The notes below the pieces were generated by a model that saw only the letters and a program-made list of their open reading frames with translations, made no database searches and had not been told where the DNA came from. This document shows, in pieces, positions 9,091 through 17,611 of a stretch of DNA of 64,000 nucleotides. The DNA is from a virus. The stretch is taken from IMG/VR virus record IMGVR_UViG_3300045988_105168, positions 50,766-114,765 of that record; one strand, given 5' to 3'. Both the position numbers and the translations under genes were made by a program. Position 1 is the first letter of the stretch. Each line of letters opens with the position of its first letter.

Positions 9091-10590
9091 TTACCATCCA
9101 TATTTAGATGTTTTTTGTGATACGCTTTCACTAATTGTCATTCTAGTGAAACTATATTTATCACTTTTTACTTTACTAGCAACAGCTTCAAAAGCGATTG
9201 CTTTTACTTCGTTTTCAAATACTGATAAATTATCTAATGAGAATTCAGCAGCTTTTTCACGAAGTTCTGCAACACGTTCAGCAGGAATTACTTCTACTAC
9301 TTCAGACAAAATAGCTTCAACAGATTTCTCTTTTTCTGCTGTTTCGTATGCAACAAGTTTTTCCTTTAGCTCGCAGTTTTCTTTTTCAAGAGCCTCAAAT
9401 TTATTAGCTTCTTGTTCATATACTTCAAAGTCTACATAACCACCACGCATAACTCTACCTTTTGAGTCAGAGTCGATTGTGCAAGTTGTTCCCTCTAAAG
9501 AATAAGAGTATTTGTAAGTATATCCTTCACAATAATCATAGACATATAAATATTCATCATCAAAAGACTCTAAATATCCACATCCAAGAGACTCTTTAAC
9601 GGCAGAGCGGAATACTTCATATTTTTGTTCAACAGTTAATGACTCGAAATCTTTATTTGCTTCCATATCTTCTTCTTTATCGTCACCTTCTTCATCCTCA
9701 TCGTCTTCATCTTTGTCTTCGTCTTCTTTATCAGACTCATCCTCAGATTTATCAGACTCTTCGTCTTCCATATAAGTGTCTTCGTCAGAATTAGTTTCTT
9801 CAGCAAATTCTTCAGTAGCAACTTCTTCAGTTTCAACTTCTGCATTTTCAACTGTTGTTTCAACTTCAGTTTCAGTTACAGGAGTTTCAACTGTTGCTTC
9901 TTCTTCAACAACTGTTTCTACAACTTCTTTTTCTTTTTCATCCATCTTCTCACTCTCCTCCTTTCCTGAACCTTCTGCAAGCCCCATATCTTTAACAAAA
10001 TTCTTTTTGATTTTTTCAGAATTTTTCAAACGCTTGCTATAAACTTTCAATGCATTTTCCTTACTAAACTTGATTATAGATGCATTAGCGCCTTCACAGG
10101 CAGGTGTGTGAGCTTCTCCAAGTAAAGTTACCCCATTAAAAACAAATTTAGTAATATGTTCTAAACCATCTTCATCACTAATTTCTGTCCCTAAAACAGT
10201 AATTTCCATAGATACTGCTCTTTCATTATCCTCATCCTCAACGAATACATCATAAGCCCATTTAGCATAAACCTTTGACATAATCGCTTGTGCGACAAGG
10301 TAATTTCTACCGTCTTTTTCCACAAATTTCATTTCTGAACTTTCAGGGAAAAATCCTACTATTTGTTCATCAGGTTCGTGTCCTTCAAAATCATCACCAT
10401 CAAATCCAGCTACTAAGAATTTATTTTTCAAAGTTCTTTTTGCTTTCTTGATAACTGATAAATCAATAGGCATATCGTGAGCATTATTACCATCGTGGCA
10501 TACATACACTTCTACGATAGCTAATTGATTATCTGAATAATCATCGATAACACTAAAACCTTCCACTCCAAAAGAAAGTTTCTTATCCAT
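9091..10590 (-). CDS. scaffold / prohead-maturation-like protein with an acidic low-complexity linker (tentative)
   Basis: Start moved to ATG 10590 (AAGGAGGTG SD). Has an N-terminal globular domain, an ~90-aa E/D/T/V-rich linker and a C-terminal coiled coil. Lies between portal and capsid. Confidence 0.45.
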   Translation of the reverse strand: MDKKLSFGVEGFSVIDDYSDNQLAIVEVYVCHDGNNAHDMPIDLSVIKKAKRTLKNKFLVAGFDGDDFEGHEPDEQIVGFFPESSEMKFVEKDGRNYLVAQAIMSKVYAKWAYDVFVEDEDNERAVSMEITVLGTEISDEDGLEHITKFVFNGVTLLGEAHTPACEGANASIIKFSKENALKVYSKRLKNSEKIKKNFVKDMGLAEGSGKEESEKMDEKEKEVVETVVEEEATVETPVTETEVETTVENAEVETEEVATEEFAEETNSDEDTYMEDEESDKSEDESDKEDEDKDEDDEDEEGDDKEEDMEANKDFESLTVEQKYEVFRSAVKESLGCGYLESFDDEYLYVYDYCEGYTYKYSYSLEGTTCTIDSDSKGRVMRGGYVDFEVYEQEANKFEALEKENCELKEKLVAYETAEKEKSVEAILSEVVEVIPAERVAELREKAAEFSLDNLSVFENEVKAIAFEAVASKVKSDKYSFTRMTISESVSQKTSKYGW

Positions 10591-10792
10591 TAATAACACC
10601 TCCTTTAACTAGAAGTTGTAGTAAAAAAGGCATTTCATTAATGGCCTTTTGAAGTTTCTTTGTTTTTGCAAATATCATTACACCGTCTTTATCAGACAAT
10701 AATGGTATTCCAGCCTTTATTAAATAATTACCAATCACTTTTCCACATTCATAATACCTTTTATTAGTATTATCTAAATTTGAAATATACAT
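10583..10792 (-). CDS. hypothetical small protein
   Basis: Start moved to ATG 10792 (GGAGAG SD), 1 nt after the upstream stop. Confidence 0.5.
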   Translation of the reverse strand: MYISNLDNTNKRYYECGKVIGNYLIKAGIPLLSDKDGVMIFAKTKKLQKAINEMPFLLQLLVKGGVING

Positions 10793-10793
10793 A

Positions 10794-11312
10794 TTACTCT
10801 CCAAAAACATTAAATGAAGGCATATCGTGGTCAAATTTCATCATCGCCATATCGCTATCGCCATACATTTCTGCTTTATCTACTAATAATAATATGTCTT
10901 TTGTGATAGGTATAATTTCTAATAAAAACTCTTCTAAATATACTTTAGTACTATAATCTTTGCTTTCTTGAGCTAATACAATAGAGTCCTTAATTAAAGA
11001 CTCAAGTTGTAAATTGATTTCTAGCATCTTATTAAAACAATCTAATACTGTATCGTAGTCTTGGTCTCCTGTAGGAGTTTCTCCATAAATTGTAGTACAA
11101 TCTCTACTATCCATATAATCAGAAATTTCATCTGCTAATAAAGGATAAAGATGTGCTAAATTATGATGAAGAATGTTAGACGTGATAGGCATTACGAAAG
11201 TTACAGATAAAATACTACAAATTCTATCAAGCATACGATTATTGTAAAAGCAATGAGAAATAATCTTTTCTAAAGACTCTTTCATTTCTTTTGAAATTAA
11301 TCCTTCACTCAT
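10794..11312 (-). CDS. hypothetical helical protein (172 aa)
   Basis: AAGGAGG SD upstream of the ATG at 11312; no firm motif. Confidence 0.6.
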   Translation of the reverse strand: MSEGLISKEMKESLEKIISHCFYNNRMLDRICSILSVTFVMPITSNILHHNLAHLYPLLADEISDYMDSRDCTTIYGETPTGDQDYDTVLDCFNKMLEINLQLESLIKDSIVLAQESKDYSTKVYLEEFLLEIIPITKDILLLVDKAEMYGDSDMAMMKFDHDMPSFNVFGE

Positions 11313-11324
11313 ATTCTAACCTCC

Positions 11325-12926
11325 TTATATTTTTCCGCCTTTTTCTATATTTGAAGCTTTGGCTCTCGTCTTAGCTCCACTATCTGTTAAGTCGGCGTCA
11401 TCTTTTGCTGGTCTTCCAGCGCCGTCTGGAGACATAGTATTAACGTTAAGCATCATCATTAACTTATCTGTAAATCCTGTTGCTTGCGCCTCTTCTAATT
11501 CTCTCTCTAGTTCAATTTTATTTAAACCTAAAGATGATGCAATTTTGTTAGGTAAAACAACACCTTTATCAGCATAAGTAAATGCTTCTGTTTGACGTCT
11601 ACTTCTATCAAACTGGTCATTACATCCGACAAATCTAAATTTCCATTTAAATTTCTTTGTTCTTCTATTGATGTTATATTCTAAGAAGTCCTCGAATTGT
11701 GGATATATAGACTCTGCTAATAGTTCATCTAAATTTAAAGATAATTGAGTTTCGATGGCGTTTTGATTTTCATCTGTTGAGAAAATAACTTTACCACCAC
11801 TTAATAAAGAACTTGTAATAGCCATAAAGTTTTTATAAGTATCTTTATCTGTATTTTCAAACTCAACACCTTTAATATCTTCTGTTGGTAATGCTAATAC
11901 TTTGATAGCATTTTCAATACCTTGTGTTGCTAAACCAATAAACTTACCTAATACATCTGCATCAATAGCTAATTGATTTGCTACACTTGAAGATTTCTTT
12001 TCTTTTAAATATGGAACTGAACTGACTAATAATTTTCTAGCAGCAGCCATACTTTGGTCAACTTGCAATCTTCTCATTACTGGTACTATTGCCATTTCTG
12101 GTAACATTCCACTAAAGAATGGTACTTGTAATGAATGTTTTGGGTTAAATTTAAAACACCAAAAGCCATTTTCAGGAGATGTTTGTACCCATTGTGCAAA
12201 TTTTCCAGTTCTATCATTTAATTTGTTACTTGGTCTATATTTGTTAGTATCACCATTGAATACTTCAAGATATTTCTTTTTTAACCAATCTGGATAACAA
12301 TCTAAATCAACCACACCTTGTAAAAAATAATTCATATCTATATCATATAATAGACCGTATTCAAATTTACCAGTAACCTTAGCGTATTTCCAAGGCCATT
12401 GTTGTAAAACACTTTTGGTTTCAAATTCTCTAAAGATACCATAATATGTTTCTTCCATTAATAAGTTCCATAGCACCTCTTTAAATTGCGCTCTGTAATT
12501 AAACTTATCTAAGAAGTCAGCCACTATCTTATAATCATTTTTATATTTATTACTCTTATAATCTTCTGGTGTGGCATTTATACAAGTCATCTCTAAATCA
12601 AAAGCAGGTAAATTTGCGATATATTCTAAATTACGCTTATACATTAGACTGCTAAAATAATAAGACTGACTGTATGACACTAATTGACTTTCATTATTAG
12701 AAGGATTTTTTAAAGCATCTTCGATACCTTGTCTATCAGGTACTATTGTAGATACATTTAAATTTTTCATTAATGTATTTTGTGTCATTGGACTAAATAC
12801 ACCGTCATTATATCCTTTAGCGAACTCTAACACATCAAATGCTTTTTGTACCGCTTCTAAAGTTTCAACAACTTCTTCTTCGGTTAGCTTTACTTGTTCG
12901 TCTTTCATAATACACCTGCCTTTCAT
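11325..12926 (-). CDS. portal protein (by size and position)
   Basis: 533 aa, immediately downstream of the large terminase. Alternative start at ATG 12908 (AGGTG SD). Confidence 0.6.
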   Translation of the reverse strand: MKGRCIMKDEQVKLTEEEVVETLEAVQKAFDVLEFAKGYNDGVFSPMTQNTLMKNLNVSTIVPDRQGIEDALKNPSNNESQLVSYSQSYYFSSLMYKRNLEYIANLPAFDLEMTCINATPEDYKSNKYKNDYKIVADFLDKFNYRAQFKEVLWNLLMEETYYGIFREFETKSVLQQWPWKYAKVTGKFEYGLLYDIDMNYFLQGVVDLDCYPDWLKKKYLEVFNGDTNKYRPSNKLNDRTGKFAQWVQTSPENGFWCFKFNPKHSLQVPFFSGMLPEMAIVPVMRRLQVDQSMAAARKLLVSSVPYLKEKKSSSVANQLAIDADVLGKFIGLATQGIENAIKVLALPTEDIKGVEFENTDKDTYKNFMAITSSLLSGGKVIFSTDENQNAIETQLSLNLDELLAESIYPQFEDFLEYNINRRTKKFKWKFRFVGCNDQFDRSRRQTEAFTYADKGVVLPNKIASSLGLNKIELERELEEAQATGFTDKLMMMLNVNTMSPDGAGRPAKDDADLTDSGAKTRAKASNIEKGGKI

Positions 12927-14686
12927 TAATATATATAACCTACTAAATATTTTAATGCGTCCACATCGGCACGTCCTATATCGGCTTTACCTTGTTTCTC
13001 ATATTCAAAAACAACAGATAAACCATACATTAAAGAAGTGGCGCGGTCACGCTTTGCGGATTTAACTATACGGTCATATAATATTTGACCATTTAATCCG
13101 AAATCTCTTTTTATATTACTAAGCTCCTGCATTAAATTATCGTGCTCTACGTGCATCACCTGTTCTGCCGCATCATACTTACCACTCTTATATAATTCAT
13201 CAGTTTCGTTACTATCTACCAATAGTTTTAAACTCTGGTCTTCAAAACAACTCTTCATATAAGGATAATAAGTGCTATTGAATTCAGCCGTTGCTTGCAC
13301 ACCTCTAATAATAGGTTCAGCATTAGGCAATGTTCTCATAGTTTCTTCATCGTCATCTTGAATTAAAGGTGGATATTCTTCAATATCTCCTTTTTCATTT
13401 CGATAACTCCAAGGCTCTTCTAATAAAGATAAAAGACCCTGTCCAGCACTACGAACGTCGATAACCAATTTCTCTGTATTAGGAAATTGAATATGCAATA
13501 ATTCTCTTAATAATTCCCTTTGTTCTTTTAAACTAGCCCCGTTTAAAGTTTTGGTATACACAACGTGTTTGTCAAATGTACCATTACTTTTTGGGATAAG
13601 TTTAATAACGTGAGTACACGAGTTGTCCGAACCGCTCTTAGTTGATACGGCAACGTCGTGTGTAATTATGTATGAGTATTGTGTTTTTTTAGGCTGTGAT
13701 AATTCACATCTATCTAAAACTCTACACTTATTAGTTAATGAATAAGGATAATAACTATCGTTAGAACTACCAACGAATGTTCCTTCATACTCATACGCAA
13801 ATTTATCTAAAGACATATCTGGACTTTCTTTTTCTAGTTCAATTTCTTCCATAGAAAATAGTCCAGCGTCTATACCTACTTGATAATCTAAGCTAGCAAC
13901 AAAATAATGTTTGTCACCACTTATCATCGAATGATAGAAGTTTAAAAACTTTTGATATAAGTCGCAAGTCTTTAACCACGCAGATGAAATATAAATCATT
14001 CTACCTTTTTCAATAGGATTTTCTGGGTATCTATCGTGTAAATCGATAGCGTTTTGTCTTGGAGTTTTAATCATCGGTCTAATAACTTCTGTTAAAGTGT
14101 TATCTCTAACAAGTCTGGCCTCGTCCACTAAAACTAATTGAAAACGCCAACCACGAGCATTATCACCTTTTTGGTTAGTACCTAATGTAATTGCCCTAAT
14201 TGAACTACCATTTTTTAGTTTAACTATACAGTCATCGGTACCAGCCTTAATAGAAGCAATCTCTCTTCGGATATTTTCATTCTTAGATAATTCACCTTCT
14301 ATTTTTTGTTTAATAACCATACGTGCTTGATTACCATTTCCAGATACTATACCAATAGCCATACCTGGATATAAAATAGCCATACATATCATAAATACCG
14401 CACATAGCCAAGATTTACCAAGACCACGACAACAAATTAACATTGCATTTGGGTATCTTGCCATAGCTCGCATAATTAACCTTTGAAAAGGGAATAAATT
14501 TATACCTAATATATCAACCGCAAATTTATCAATATAGTATCTATAATAAGATAAGAATTTTGTCCATTCTTCATAATCGATACTCTCCTGATTAATTGGG
14601 TCGTAACTTAATGGGTTGTCAGTGTTGTTATTACTCCAATCTTGTTCTGCTCGTCTTTTTTTACTGAAGTTTTTATATGATGCCAT
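12926..14686 (-). CDS. terL: terminase large subunit
   Basis: Walker A-like CCRGLGKSW, Walker B FQLVLVDEA, C-terminal nuclease-type acidic motif (ITHDVAVS). 586 aa, followed by the portal gene. Confidence 0.85.
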   Translation of the reverse strand: MASYKNFSKKRRAEQDWSNNNTDNPLSYDPINQESIDYEEWTKFLSYYRYYIDKFAVDILGINLFPFQRLIMRAMARYPNAMLICCRGLGKSWLCAVFMICMAILYPGMAIGIVSGNGNQARMVIKQKIEGELSKNENIRREIASIKAGTDDCIVKLKNGSSIRAITLGTNQKGDNARGWRFQLVLVDEARLVRDNTLTEVIRPMIKTPRQNAIDLHDRYPENPIEKGRMIYISSAWLKTCDLYQKFLNFYHSMISGDKHYFVASLDYQVGIDAGLFSMEEIELEKESPDMSLDKFAYEYEGTFVGSSNDSYYPYSLTNKCRVLDRCELSQPKKTQYSYIITHDVAVSTKSGSDNSCTHVIKLIPKSNGTFDKHVVYTKTLNGASLKEQRELLRELLHIQFPNTEKLVIDVRSAGQGLLSLLEEPWSYRNEKGDIEEYPPLIQDDDEETMRTLPNAEPIIRGVQATAEFNSTYYPYMKSCFEDQSLKLLVDSNETDELYKSGKYDAAEQVMHVEHDNLMQELSNIKRDFGLNGQILYDRIVKSAKRDRATSLMYGLSVVFEYEKQGKADIGRADVDALKYLVGYIY

Positions 14687-15525
14687 TATAAACTCCTCTC
14701 GATGTTAGAAAATTGTTTCAATAATTTGTCATACATATCTTCATCTGTTGGAATATGCTCTGGAACCCAGTTATGTTTTTCAACAGCATCAAATACTCTA
14801 CCAAAACAACCTAAAGCAACATCATTTGCTCCACGTTGACTTTCTGCGAATTGGGCAGATTTTGACAACATATCGAATAACTTAGTAGCTTTTTCATAAG
14901 CTACATCAGAGCCTTCTTCGTTTTTAAGCATTCTTTGATATGCTTTCATTTGAGATAAAGACGCCTGTGCTATTTTACGAGCATAGTCCTTATGGTTAGT
15001 AGTGACTATTTTAAAGTCATTTTGTAAACCCATATAATAATCATTCAAATATTTCAAATCTGATTTAGTATATACACCTTGCCAATCATCGTCCCATTTA
15101 GGGGCTTCGTCTATTGCAGTTTGTACTTCTTCACTAATTGTAGCATCTTCGCTTAATTCAAAAATACTATCTGTATATCCTAAACCTTCATATTTTCTTC
15201 TTTGTGTAAAATTTAATATTCTTAAATAATCCCCTAAATAATTGTTACTTTCGGAATTACATACCTCATTCCAAATATCCATTATAAAAGGAGTATCTAA
15301 AACTTTTAAAACATCATATACCGATTGTAAATTATTAACATCAACCATTTTGTTAACACAATCTTTACAATATGGATGGTGTGATACTGTGGCATTACGT
15401 GATTTATAGAAATCATCAAGAGTTAAATGTCTACCCATTTTGTCACAGTCTTTATTTTGGCATATAACTTTTTGTCCTTCGACCTTTTTTATAGGCTTCT
15501 TATATTTAGTAGCCACAATCCTCAC
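14686..15525 (-). CDS. zinc-finger protein, possible terminase small subunit
   Basis: Lies directly upstream of terL and overlaps it. Cys clusters CQNKDCDK...CKDC. Call rests on position only. Confidence 0.35.
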   Translation of the reverse strand: MRIVATKYKKPIKKVEGQKVICQNKDCDKMGRHLTLDDFYKSRNATVSHHPYCKDCVNKMVDVNNLQSVYDVLKVLDTPFIMDIWNEVCNSESNNYLGDYLRILNFTQRRKYEGLGYTDSIFELSEDATISEEVQTAIDEAPKWDDDWQGVYTKSDLKYLNDYYMGLQNDFKIVTTNHKDYARKIAQASLSQMKAYQRMLKNEEGSDVAYEKATKLFDMLSKSAQFAESQRGANDVALGCFGRVFDAVEKHNWVPEHIPTDEDMYDKLLKQFSNIERSL

Positions 15526-15549
15526 CTTTCTTTCATTAAAAAAACTGGA

Positions 15550-16731
15550 TTATTCCAGTTCTATAATATTATAAGACTCAACACCTTTATCTGTACAAAC
15601 ACATACCATTTGAGATGCTTTGCCCGTCAATCTTTTTTCTATGGTATAATCATCACCACTACCAGCTAGACTTCCGCCTCTAATAATCTTAATACCACCT
15701 TCATCAGACATAGCACAAGTATGTAAATGTCCAAAAGTAATTGCATAAGGAAAATATCCTAACATCATAGATAAACTAGCAACACCATTTTTAGAAAAAG
15801 CATCATAGTCTCCGTGAACATTAACATACTTTTTACCTCTTATATCCATTACAGCAAAAGTAGTATCTGGATTATTAGTAATAATATCGATGTTTTTAAC
15901 ATCGTTTAATGCTGCATCCATATACCATATTACTAAATCATCTAAACGCTCATCTTTTAAAGCGTCTTCTTTTTTATCTAAACGTGAGTGGTTACCACTA
16001 ACGCTAGTTACTATTACTCTATTGAAATGATGACTTAATTCATAAATAAATGCAGTAATCAGTTCGCTTGCAAATTTGATTTGTTGAATAACATTTTCTT
16101 GATTAGTAATCGCTATTGATTTATGTATTGAATTGCTTATTAAATCTCCTTGCAAAGAAACATAGCATTTATCAGAATTATTCTTTTTACCAATTTCAAT
16201 AATTTTATTTACATATTGTCCCATTCTTATTTGTGCAATTTTAGTGTTATACTCGCCATTAAAACTCTTAAAAGTTTGGCCAATATGCAAATCACTTAAT
16301 AAAACTAATAAATCATTATCGGCTGTATTATTATCCGAATAATTACTATCTGGAAAATTAATTTTACCGAAATCAGTGATTTTTTGTTCTAATATATCTA
16401 AACGAGTTTCTAAACGAGCGTCATTTCTTAAAGCACGATTATATGCAGTACGTTCGTCATTTAATCTAAAACGTTCTTTGATAATCTCTTGCTTCTTTTG
16501 TTCCATCTTGTTTAGTTGTTCGTTATCGAAGTATTTATCTTTTATAGAGTCAAACACCATCATAAAACTTTGATACATCTTACGATACCAAGACTCATTG
16601 TAATCGTGATGTAATTCTTCATTTAATAGGTTACACACATCCTGCCAAGTACCTATTAAATCTTTATTATCACACACGCGCCATATGTACGCATTTTCAT
16701 CTTCATTTTCTAGCCTTTTAAATGCTTCCAT
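15550..16731 (-). CDS. metallophosphoesterase (calcineurin/Mre11-like fold)
   Basis: Motifs LLSDLHIG (DxH), QGDLISN (GDxx), VSGNHSRL (GNH), VHGDYD, FGHLHT (GHxH). AAAGGAGAG SD. Confidence 0.8.
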   Translation of the reverse strand: MEAFKRLENEDENAYIWRVCDNKDLIGTWQDVCNLLNEELHHDYNESWYRKMYQSFMMVFDSIKDKYFDNEQLNKMEQKKQEIIKERFRLNDERTAYNRALRNDARLETRLDILEQKITDFGKINFPDSNYSDNNTADNDLLVLLSDLHIGQTFKSFNGEYNTKIAQIRMGQYVNKIIEIGKKNNSDKCYVSLQGDLISNSIHKSIAITNQENVIQQIKFASELITAFIYELSHHFNRVIVTSVSGNHSRLDKKEDALKDERLDDLVIWYMDAALNDVKNIDIITNNPDTTFAVMDIRGKKYVNVHGDYDAFSKNGVASLSMMLGYFPYAITFGHLHTCAMSDEGGIKIIRGGSLAGSGDDYTIEKRLTGKASQMVCVCTDKGVESYNIIELE

Positions 16732-16825
16732 ATCTTCTCTCCTTTTTTACTGTGAAATCTTATTTTTCTCTTTCATTAATAATATTTTTGTATCGAACAA
16801 GTGTTTGCCCTGTATTTATAAGGGT

Positions 16826-17611
16826 TTACGAGGTTTGGGTTTTCAAACCTCTCTTCTTTTCCCTTGTTTTTCTTAAATTTTCTTGATATGCACACATTGT
16901 GCAGTATTTTTTTGGTGAACGTGTTTTTTTAATAACTATTCCACATATAGCGCATCTTTTGTATTCTGTAGGCTTTTCGTAAATCATTAATTCGCCTAGT
17001 ACATTTTCATAATTTGAAATCTCAATCGCCACTTCGCCATTGTTTTTTGCGAATGGTATATAAATATAATTATGTGATTTAAAATTATCTATTTTATATA
17101 ACCCTTTATTAAATAATAAATTACACAATCTATATCTATCGGCCACTCTGAGTTTGGATAAACCAGCCAACTTCCATAAATCATTATTATTTTCAACAAC
17201 CATCATAATTTCATTTTTCTTACTATAGAACTGTAAGTGTCTAACTTTACAAGCCCATTTATAATATACCAAATAAATAAATAACAAATTTCTCGCAAGC
17301 TCTTCCTCTATAGCCTCAATAATTTCTAATTCCTCTTTATATATTTCAACCTTAATACCAGTCACAAACTCATACTCGTTTGCTTTTGATATAATTTTAG
17401 AGAATATCATATCTTTATCTCTGTCTGATAAATATTCACCACCAGACATAGGTATATTAGACAATACCTCTTTAATCTCAGAATGAGAATAGTTTAGAGA
17501 TGTTAGATGTCGTACCAAAATACAACGTTCTCGACCTTGTGTTTTTACAGTGCTGTATTTCTTATTAGCTATAATCTCTTCTGCATATTTCTTTTCATCG
17601 AATACTAACAT
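16826..17611 (-). CDS. hypothetical protein with C-terminal zinc ribbon and basic tail
   Basis: CAICG...CTMCAYQENLRKTREKKRG. Overlaps the end of the RNAP gene (ATGA-type coupling). Confidence 0.6.
   Translation of the reverse strand: MLVFDEKKYAEEIIANKKYSTVKTQGRERCILVRHLTSLNYSHSEIKEVLSNIPMSGGEYLSDRDKDMIFSKIISKANEYEFVTGIKVEIYKEELEIIEAIEEELARNLLFIYLVYYKWACKVRHLQFYSKKNEIMMVVENNNDLWKLAGLSKLRVADRYRLCNLLFNKGLYKIDNFKSHNYIYIPFAKNNGEVAIEISNYENVLGELMIYEKPTEYKRCAICGIVIKKTRSPKKYCTMCAYQENLRKTREKKRGLKTQTS

Noticed and set aside
9636-9863. 75-aa Lys-rich ORF in an alternative frame of the scaffold-like gene.
   Set aside because: It is a frame-shifted reading of the GAA/GAT-rich acidic linker, with no SD.
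16826-16870. 8-bp-stem hairpin GAGGTTTG-N6-CAAACCTC at the 3' end of ORF 16826-17611, considered as a terminator.
   Set aside because: No U-run follows it on the coding (minus) strand. The T-rich tail is on the plus strand, where nothing is transcribed toward it. It lies inside coding sequence.
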